Below, piece after piece: positions 1 through 8,700 of a DNA stretch of 64,000 bases (position 1 is the stretch's first letter; each line of letters begins with the position of its first letter). The DNA comes from a virus. The stretch spans positions 32,001 to 96,000 of the IMG/VR virus record IMGVR_UViG_3300023174_000068; one strand, 5' to 3'. Below the pieces are notes generated by a model. The model saw nothing but the letters and a program-made list of their open reading frames with translations. It was not told where the DNA came from and made no database searches. Position numbers and translations under genes: made by a program.

Positions 1-3000
1 ACGTCACAGGAGGTTGGATTCGAGGGCATTACGATAAAAACTCAAAAATTAGATATGACCGCCTTTATGGGTGCCTTAGTTATGGTTCCGCTGTTGATGA
101 TTACCAGTTCAATAGGTATTATGATATCTTCAAAAATTTTATCACTAGTAGTGCCTCTTAAAATAACTCAACTAATTACAATAACCCTTATAGCCGTGAT
201 GTTTGCTGTTGTCGCAAAAGGCATCGCTGGTCTTATTACCGCATTTACCACCACAACTGAGGCATCAGGGAGTGGATTTGGATTTAAAACTCAGAGCATT
301 GGTATTGGAAAAGTTGCAGCCATGGCTCTAATATTACCAATTATAATGGTTGCCATATCTGCAGGAATTGCGTTATCCTCAAAAGTGCTACAAATGATAC
401 AACCAATTGGCTTCAGACAAGCAGTGACCGCGATATTGATTGCCGGTATGTTTGCTGTTGTATCAATGGGTATAGGTAAGCTGATAAACTCATTAGGTCC
501 GTTTGCTCTTGTGGCTATATTAGCACTGCCATTTGCTATGGTAGCAATTGCACTTGGTATCGCAATGGCTGCTAAAATTTTCGCCGTTTTCAAGTCATCA
601 TTTGATAAACTAAGTTGGGCAACTATGTTCAAAATTTTATTACTCGGAGTAGCAATTGGAGCAATAACCTTTGTGATGTCATACGCGATAAAGAATCTGA
701 AAAATCTTGATCTTAAAACAGTGATTCTACTACCGCTTTTATTGACGTTAATATCACTTGCCGTTGCTGCTTCTGCTTATATCTTTGGCCAAGACAAAGT
801 GATCCTCAGTTTAGGAAAAATAACTTTTATGACAATTGTAAAAATTGCACTCGTAGGTATTGCTATTGGTATCATCACAATCGTAGCTGCTTTTGCTCTT
901 AAAATATTGGGTGATATAAGTTTTAAGAAAGTAATCTTACTACCAATTCTTTTCACTTTAATATCACTGGCAGTTGCGGTATCTAGTTGGATTTTTGCAA
1001 AATTTTCCAAATCATTTGACAAATTAACCTTTTCAACAATATTTAGAATAATTTTCTTTGGAATCGCAATTGCCATAGTTGCTATTGCTATGGCAATTGC
1101 TGTAAAAATCATAAATATTCTAATCAACCCATTAGATGCTCTCAAAGGAGGCTTAGTGATTGTGATTTTAGCCGGTGTAATAGCACTTACTTCACTTATT
1201 CTAAACATAGGCAAATACAATAAATATCCCTCGGTAAAATGGGGTCTTGGCGTAGCATTAGCACTTACAGCATTCGGAGTAGGTGCTTTGGCATTAGGTT
1301 CAGCCGTATTTGGCCCACAGGCTTTAGTTTTCTTAGCCGGTCTTGCAGCAATTATGTTGGTAGCAGTTGCAATTGTTGGCGCTGACGCCATTTTATCTGC
1401 CGGAAAATACAACAAATATCCAAGTATTGGTTGGTCCGCATCCGTAGCACTAACTTTAGGTGCCTTTACGGCAGGTATTATTGTGCTAGGTCTAAACGTT
1501 CTTAATCCTTTCTTTTATGCTGGCTTCCCGCTTCTTAAAAAAGTAGCAAATAGTATAGTCGATGTGTCAAATATCCTATCAAAGGGCAAATATAATGCGA
1601 ACTTTGGTCAATGGGCCGCAGGAGTTGTCTTACTCTACGCAACTTTTACTCCAATCATACTAATTTTAGGTGCTGTGGCAATCGCCGGTAAAATCTCTGG
1701 CTTCTTTGGTGGACCAGATCCTTTTAAAGAAGGTCAAAAAATGTTGGTATCGGTGGCTAACTCTATTATAGCTGTTGATAAAATATTAGCAAAAGGAACA
1801 TATAAAGGCGGTCCTTCGAAAAAATGGGCCGAGGGTGTATCTTTAGCCATAGGTGCCTTTGGTCCAGTTTACGCTATGTTAGTGAAAGCAGCCGTCTTCA
1901 AAGCTTTTGGTGCTAGCGGAGTATCTCCAAAAGATTTTGTAAAAGCCATCAAGATTACTTCACAAGGTATAGTAGCAGCGGCTGCGTTTTTTGCTAAAAA
2001 TAAAGCAGTTTTTAAAGACGGTCCCCCTAAAAAATGGGCAGAAGGTGTTGGATTAGCGATTGGAGCATTTGCTCCAGTATTTAAAACACTAAGTGAAGGG
2101 GGTGGGTGGTTTTCGTCAGGGAAAGACGCCGTTGAAGACATGATTTGGGGTATCTTAGCTGTAACTAGGGCAATTGTAGGATCAGGTAGTATACTTTCTA
2201 ATAGCAAAATTCAGTTCACCAATTATCCATCCAAAAAGTGGGGAACAGGAATAAAACAAGCAATAGAGTCTTTTGTTGGTATCTTTGAGATGTTAGACAA
2301 AAAAGGTCTATCAACGGATTATTTTGCTTATTTGTCTAAAGGTGTAGCATCTGCTGCAGTATCGATGGCCGTGGTAGCTAATGCATTTTATAAAAACAGG
2401 AAGTCATTTGGATTCACTATTTCTCTAAACTGGATAAAAGGAGTTAAGATTAACATACTCGAGTTTGCAAAACTTGCTCTTCAATTAGATAAAATGCTTG
2501 TGTCTGAAAAGACTGTTACCACAGAGGCCAGTGTGGGTTTTGGTCTAGCAAAAGTTAGTTTAAGTAAAACAGTTAAAGTAAGAAAAGACCTTAGCTTACC
2601 AAAGGACATAGCGATTCAAATGGCAAATGTGGCTCAAATTCTATGGCACAATAAAAAATTCTTTTCGTATAGTCTGCCTTCAAATTGGATAAAAGGAGTT
2701 AAGATTAACATACTCGAGTTTGCAAAACTTGCTCTTCAATTAGATAAAATGCTTGTGTCTGAAAAGACTGTTACCACAGAGGCCAGTGTGGGTTTTGGTC
2801 TAGCAAAAGTTAGTTTAAGTAAAACAGTTAAAGTAAGAAAAGACCTTAGCTTACCAAAGGACATAGCGATTCAAATGGCAAATGTGGCTCAAATTCTATG
2901 GCACAATAAAAAATTCTTTTCGTATAGTCTGCCTTCAGAATGGGTAACAAATTTGTCCAAAAATTTACTGAGATATTTTTTCTTACAAAAACAACTAGAG

Positions 3001-3783
3001 TCATTATCAGGTGAAAGCAAATTAAAATCTGCTCTAATGATTGGTCTTACCGCAGTGAATCCATTACTGGGTCTTGGATTTGCCGGAGCGTCCGCTTTAA
3101 TGGAATCTCGTTCGGATGATACTGTGGCCAAAGCGGCTAAAAAATTAGTTAAAGTTGCTTGGATAATGTATTCAGGTAGAAAGGCATTTGACATGAAGAT
3201 AGATCCAAACTTCATGGCAAAAGTAGGGAAGAACTTGATAGACTTTGCATATGTGGTGAAAAAGATTGCAGAAATTGAGAGAAGTAACTCTGGGGGAAAT
3301 TTCCTTAGAGACTTGACAGGAAATGACCCAATATCCTCTTATTCGAAAAAAATGATAAAGTTAGCTAAGGGTTATGACGCAATGGCCAATGCTCTACTCA
3401 AACTGGGTAGGGCTATAAAGATACTTAAACTTAAAGACCTCAAGGAACTCGCAAAAATCACATCAGAGGTTTCATCAGGCACTTACAACCCAGAAAGGAG
3501 GATTTCTCCTGTTGTAACCAAAGACCTCTTTTCAGCTAAAAAGGTCAAAGTTGAGTCTAATTCAGGTGCAAGAAATTATAATCCTAAGTTTGAAGAACTT
3601 ATCAAAGAAATTAAAACAGCTGTATCGGTTCTAAAGTCAATAAAAGGAGATTCATCAAGTATAAATAAATATTTATCAGACGCTGATAGTGAACCAAGTA
3701 AACCAGTAGTCGTTGGTCAGGATCCCCCTAAAAAAACACCACCAGCAGCGCCGGCTTCGCTTTTCGATTTTTTTCATCTATAA
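1..3783 (+). CDS. Tape-measure-like protein (5' partial)
   Basis: Frame is open from base 1. More than 1240 aa, Ala/Gly/Ile-rich and hydrophobic, with degenerate ~70-aa repeats (GKYNKYPS, KKWAEGV). Phage tail context. Confidence 0.65.
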   Translation, partial: TSQEVGFEGITIKTQKLDMTAFMGALVMVPLLMITSSIGIMISSKILSLVVPLKITQLITITLIAVMFAVVAKGIAGLITAFTTTTEASGSGFGFKTQSIGIGKVAAMALILPIIMVAISAGIALSSKVLQMIQPIGFRQAVTAILIAGMFAVVSMGIGKLINSLGPFALVAILALPFAMVAIALGIAMAAKIFAVFKSSFDKLSWATMFKILLLGVAIGAITFVMSYAIKNLKNLDLKTVILLPLLLTLISLAVAASAYIFGQDKVILSLGKITFMTIVKIALVGIAIGIITIVAAFALKILGDISFKKVILLPILFTLISLAVAVSSWIFAKFSKSFDKLTFSTIFRIIFFGIAIAIVAIAMAIAVKIINILINPLDALKGGLVIVILAGVIALTSLILNIGKYNKYPSVKWGLGVALALTAFGVGALALGSAVFGPQALVFLAGLAAIMLVAVAIVGADAILSAGKYNKYPSIGWSASVALTLGAFTAGIIVLGLNVLNPFFYAGFPLLKKVANSIVDVSNILSKGKYNANFGQWAAGVVLLYATFTPIILILGAVAIAGKISGFFGGPDPFKEGQKMLVSVANSIIAVDKILAKGTYKGGPSKKWAEGVSLAIGAFGPVYAMLVKAAVFKAFGASGVSPKDFVKAIKITSQGIVAAAAFFAKNKAVFKDGPPKKWAEGVGLAIGAFAPVFKTLSEGGGWFSSGKDAVEDMIWGILAVTRAIVGSGSILSNSKIQFTNYPSKKWGTGIKQAIESFVGIFEMLDKKGLSTDYFAYLSKGVASAAVSMAVVANAFYKNRKSFGFTISLNWIKGVKINILEFAKLALQLDKMLVSEKTVTTEASVGFGLAKVSLSKTVKVRKDLSLPKDIAIQMANVAQILWHNKKFFSYSLPSNWIKGVKINILEFAKLALQLDKMLVSEKTVTTEASVGFGLAKVSLSKTVKVRKDLSLPKDIAIQMANVAQILWHNKKFFSYSLPSEWVTNLSKNLLRYFFLQKQLESLSGESKLKSALMIGLTAVNPLLGLGFAGASALMESRSDDTVAKAAKKLVKVAWIMYSGRKAFDMKIDPNFMAKVGKNLIDFAYVVKKIAEIERSNSGGNFLRDLTGNDPISSYSKKMIKLAKGYDAMANALLKLGRAIKILKLKDLKELAKITSEVSSGTYNPERRISPVVTKDLFSAKKVKVESNSGARNYNPKFEELIKEIKTAVSVLKSIKGDSSSINKYLSDADSEPSKPVVVGQDPPKKTPPAAPASLFDFFHL
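2431..2937 (+). repeat. Tandem duplication within the tape measure gene (two 252-bp copies, period 255 bp = 85 aa)
   Basis: 2431-2682 and 2686-2937 read as identical; the peptide WIKGVKINILEFAK...FFSYSLPS occurs twice. Confidence 0.95.
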
Positions 3784-3912
3784 AGTTTCTATGGCCTGCA
3801 TTTTTTTTATTTAAATAGCGGTTTATTTTTTTTGATGAATGTAAATTAACAAATAAAGGTAGATGTTCATAGGTGGGTAAACAAAATTTAAAAAAAATAT
3901 ATAAAACCTAAT

Positions 3913-4320
3913 ATGTTAAAAAAGTTGAGAACCTTCTTTTACTGGCGAAAAATAATTAATAACAATAAAACGATTATTCAAAATAGGTTTAACTTAAGAA
4001 AAGATTATGCCTGTAGACTCTATACGGTAATAAATGTTCCAGAGGAATTAGTTGGTGATTCATACAGTTTGAGAAAAAGTGATGTAGATATTATTACAAA
4101 AAATTATGTCGAAACCTATACAAAAGATGTAAGTAAGTGGCTAAATGAAAATGGCCTTACAGAACTTTATAAGGTATATGAAATAAGAAAAGTGGAAAAA
4201 TATTCTTGGCTTATAGTAATAGGTTTTTCTCAGTTTGAAACTAATAAATTCTACAATAGATTATACTATGTATTTATACCATTAGTAGTAATATTATCTT
4301 TAGCACTATTACTAATTTAA
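3913..4320 (+). CDS. Hypothetical protein with C-terminal TM helix
   Basis: 135-aa ORF with AATATATA just upstream and a hydrophobic C-terminus. Confidence 0.7.
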   Translation: MLKKLRTFFYWRKIINNNKTIIQNRFNLRKDYACRLYTVINVPEELVGDSYSLRKSDVDIITKNYVETYTKDVSKWLNENGLTELYKVYEIRKVEKYSWLIVIGFSQFETNKFYNRLYYVFIPLVVILSLALLLI

Positions 4321-4370
4321 TAATCTAAACTTTTTTACTCTTTTAACTTATAAATAATAAAAAAAAATAA

Positions 4371-4799
4371 ATGGACAGATTTTACGATTTATCACAAGAT
4401 ACTATTGATTCTTTTTTCTCAGTATTCAATAAAAAATCTTTCCCTGTTTCAATTAAAATTGAATTTATCGGGGACACAAAACAAAAAAACTTAGTCAAGA
4501 TTTCTAAAATAGCAGATGACTATGCCTTTATCTTACAAAAAGAACTAAAAGTATCAATCAACGAAGATCTACTAAATCATTACGATGATGAGTCTATTAC
4601 TATCCTTTTTGAACAGGAGATTGACAAAATTAATATGAATATTGAATCAGGAAAAATTAAATTAGTAAAAACCGATTTGAATACTTTTTCATCACTTGTA
4701 AATAAGTGGGGAGTTGAAAAAGTAGCCAGAGCAAACAAAGTAGAAGAACTTTATAACCAACAAAAACAAGATAGCAGAGATGAAGAATTTATCATTTAA
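4371..4799 (+). CDS. Phage metallopeptidase-like protein, probably inactive
   Basis: ILFEQEIDKI...DLNTFSSLVNKWG resembles the phage metallopeptidase pattern (xxHELxH...DxxxFxxIVxxYG) but lacks the His ligands. Confidence 0.45.
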   Translation: MDRFYDLSQDTIDSFFSVFNKKSFPVSIKIEFIGDTKQKNLVKISKIADDYAFILQKELKVSINEDLLNHYDDESITILFEQEIDKINMNIESGKIKLVKTDLNTFSSLVNKWGVEKVARANKVEELYNQQKQDSRDEEFII

Positions 4800-5034
4800 C
4801 AACTTAGGAGAGAATTATTTAAGGGCGCTGACAAAAAAGTATGAGGCTCAAATGGAAGAAGCGATGGCTAATCTGGCTTTATATTTTTCCAACACTAATC
4901 TAGCTTCAATAGGCGAGCATTCCGACTTATTGGAAGAACACGACAAATGGCTTGAGGTTTATGCAGCCGCCAAAGATAAATTAGAATGTCTTTTAGAACT
5001 ATATCCTAAAAAGACTGACCAAATTAACGGATAA
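4780..5034 (+). CDS. Hypothetical protein
   Basis: 84-aa helical ORF containing IGEHSD, overlapping the upstream gene. Confidence 0.7.
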   Translation: MKNLSFNNLGENYLRALTKKYEAQMEEAMANLALYFSNTNLASIGEHSDLLEEHDKWLEVYAAAKDKLECLLELYPKKTDQING

Positions 5035-5050
5035 AAAAATAAATAAAAAA

Positions 5051-5695
5051 ATGGGTAAAAAATTAGAAACAGCAGTAGTAAAACCAGAAACTACAATAAC
5101 TAGAGCTGAAACCGAGATGCAACTAATTGCAACAGAACAAGAAAATAAACTAGACTCAATTATTCAGGAAATTAAAGACTATATGTCTAATAACTCCGGA
5201 AAAGGTAAAACAAATAGCGAAAAAGATGAGATGTATTTATCAGCTCAAAAAATTTGGAAATCTTTTATCGACACACTTGAGTCAGTCAGATATAATTTCT
5301 TTTTAGATAAAGAACAAGCTAAGTATCTACAAGACCTAATCCAAAATAAACTAGAATATGATGTCAATTCAGTATTTTTTGCAATCGAAATTAAATCACT
5401 GATTGATTCTATTAGAAACTCTAAAACGGATATTTCTTCTTTTCCGATGTCAGCAACAGATGTAACTTATATCTATCATCTAATATCACAACATAAAGTT
5501 AAGGGATTGGGCAAAGATTCCATAAACTTTTCTCAAATTTTACTTATGATTGGAAGTGTTAGTAAAATTTTTAACTATTACGACACAACTGGTAAAAACT
5601 TAGCAACAGATATACAAGATTGGGTTTTGACTTTTGATGATAGCGTTAATTTTGACAACTCTATCAAAGCACAAGTAGTAGAACCACAGGGATAA
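5051..5695 (+). CDS. Hypothetical protein
   Basis: 214-aa ORF in the same operon. Confidence 0.75.
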   Translation: MGKKLETAVVKPETTITRAETEMQLIATEQENKLDSIIQEIKDYMSNNSGKGKTNSEKDEMYLSAQKIWKSFIDTLESVRYNFFLDKEQAKYLQDLIQNKLEYDVNSVFFAIEIKSLIDSIRNSKTDISSFPMSATDVTYIYHLISQHKVKGLGKDSINFSQILLMIGSVSKIFNYYDTTGKNLATDIQDWVLTFDDSVNFDNSIKAQVVEPQG

Positions 5696-5796
5696 TAATA
5701 TCTAAATATCTTTTACTAAACCCCAAAAAGCAAGGATAATAACTTTTGATGACTTAAAAGTAGCGGGTATTTTCTATCAAATTCTGTTTTTTTTTA

Positions 5797-8700
5797 TTAA
5801 ACAACTGGTGTTATCGGAACAAAGGGACCAACGTTGTCTATCAGTCTATAAGGCTCAACTAAGTCTTTAAGTCCTCTAATGAAATAGTTTTTCTTATCTC
5901 TCCAGATAGCCCCTCTACCGCTATGTGATACGACCTCAATAGTCAGATAAGGATCAAGATTTGAGTCGATTGAAAAATTGAAAGGTTGAAGCATATTACC
6001 TAACCTTTGTTCTTCTATATACTGAACTGGCTCGTAGTTTATTTGTTTCCACTCTGTTATCTTTAGCCAATTGTTGGGATCGGATGCCGGGGTCGCTGAC
6101 TGTGTCGAACCAAGTCCACTTGAAACATAATAATCCTGTTGATATTTTACAACCGTGGCCGGTTGATAACTTACCCCAGATTTCCATAAAAGAGCGCTTT
6201 CATATTTTCTTGGGTTATTGATTCTATTATTATCTTTCTGTGATTCGTATATCTTATCATAATAAAATACTTTATCACCAGTTTGATAGGTAACATAAGG
6301 CGCCCATTCTTTATAGACTTTATAAGTTCGAATTTTGATATCAAAAATATCAGGGTGTGTTAATCTATCGACAAAGTCGTTATTTGGAAGAGCTTTTTTT
6401 ATCAATTCACCAGCAATATCTCTAATATTATTTGGATTGACGTTTGAGCCAGTGCCGGCAATTATTGAATAAAAATCTAATACACAATTGTAAACAGTAG
6501 ATCCAGAATTTACCGGTTGTAGATAAAGCTCGTTTAATTTGAAAGTTATCGGAGTCATTTGCTCTCTAATACTAAAGATTTGACAATCATAAACCTCGTG
6601 GCTAATTTGATTATCACCAGAGGTCCAAGAGTCTCCAGTAATATCAGTTATGTTATGAGTTAGTGGTATTATGTTTCTTTTTAACCAATATTTTAGACCT
6701 TGTAGTTTAATGATGATTTCATCTAAGTCATAATTTAAAATGTAATTACCTTCTTTGTCTGTAATTTTATACGTAAGATTAAAGTTATTAGTTCCTTTAT
6801 ACTTTTCACTTGGTAACATCTTTTCAATAAAGTCTCTTCTTTCCCAACCTTTTACGGTATTGTCGAAAATATCAGGAATTTCAACTTTGAAAAGTTTCCC
6901 AAAGTTTGGATCAGTGCTATCATTATATTTATAATACTCGTTTAATTGTAGGTCATTATATCCAAAGTAATTGATAGCATTTATTATCGATTTATAAGCT
7001 CCGACATAAGGAAAAATATCATTTTTAACCATCAACATTTCTTTTCTTTTTTTGTTCAAAAAAGTCCAGTCAATGCCTCCTTCATTTATATCATAATCTT
7101 TGAATATAAAAACATGATTAGGATCAATTAGTTTACCAACATTATTAAGTTCTATCTTAAATCTCTCATCTTCTTCTTCAGATTGACCATAAGTAATAAA
7201 CCTACCTATTTCTCTATCAACAACTTGTATCCTGAGCCTTAAATAAGTGGTAGAACCATATTTTGGAAAATTAATCAACTTGGTCGATTCTGGATAAAAA
7301 TAGTCAAAAGATTGGTCTAAAAAATCAACAATCAGCACTTTTGTAAAAACATTTTTAATTACTACAATTGTTCCGTTATTTTCAGAGGTATATTGACCTC
7401 TCACATTTGTTGTATCGTTGATATAGATAACAATTCTCTGGCCAATTTTCAATCCGCGACCGGTGAAATTTTCTGAAGATGTCTCACTAATTGATATTCT
7501 ACCAGTTCTCGTGGTCGGTGATGTAATAGTTTCAATCGAAATCGTGGTCAGGCTATCTGACATAATATAAAAATCGATGTCTTCTCTTTTGAACAATTGT
7601 AATACCGATCTTAGGGCTCCGGCGGTTTCTGATTTATATCCAATAAACAATTCAAGTGATTCAGACTCAACTTCGAAGTCGTTTAAATCATCTAAGTAAC
7701 TCAAGTCAAAATTTATTTCTTCAAATACCGTCTGTTGATAAGCCGAAAATGAAACTCTGCTCTTATCTGTGTTTGGTAATTTATTTAAAACAATGTTTTG
7801 AAGTGGCTTTTCACCGGTATAAGCATATGGTCCAGTTTTAGCCAGTTGATTTCCCGAAAAGTCGTAAAGAAAAAACTCAGGAACTTGATCTGTTAACCAT
7901 CTCCAATAATATTGCACTGCTACGTCTCCTTCGAAGTTTTCTCGAGGTCTTCTATAATATTCTCTAGTTTTCAACCAAATGCTCTTTCTTGGAACATAGT
8001 CTGGATGTAATGTTCCATATTGGTTGTCACCAATTGCTGAAAAGGTGTTTCCAGTTGGAATTAAGTTCAAATTTATTTCAACATCGATTTCCACAAATTT
8101 ATTCAGTTGTGGCTGTATACTCCAAACAGAATTTCTTTCTGGGTTAAAGATTATTCTTCCCGTTTGCGAGCCAAAACTTTCTACATGCTTAATTTGACCA
8201 AAATTTGGAGTAACTACAAATATAGTATTCAATGATTGTGATGATATATAAACATCGCCGTCATATTGATTAATAACTTGGTAGCCCCATTGTGTGACAT
8301 ATGATTGTTTGAAGGTATCAAAACCGACGTCTAACATGGTAAATTTACCAGAAGAGTCTGATATATCAATCTGATTAGTCAAATTATTATAAATTACATC
8401 CACAAAGTTTTGAGTGGTGATACCGGATATTTGCGTAACTTGGGAGTTGTCAATTTTATAAATACTAGCAGAACCCCAGGTGTAGATCGCCTCATAAACC
8501 GGATCATAAAAAATAGAATTCGTTAGCCCTGGTATGTTATAGACGGTTTGAATTGACCTATCTGTCGGATTCGTTGGGAAATTATCAGTTACACCACCAT
8601 TGACTCTTAAAACGTTATTAGCATCAGTTGTGATATACATGTCACCTTCAAAGTCATTAAACACCATTGCCCCGGTTCTTGTGACACCAATTGGGAAAAG

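Noticed and set aside
291-3215. Minus-strand ORFs inside the tape measure gene, and similar short antisense ORFs elsewhere
   Set aside because: They are fully nested opposite well-supported genes and show no recognisable motifs.
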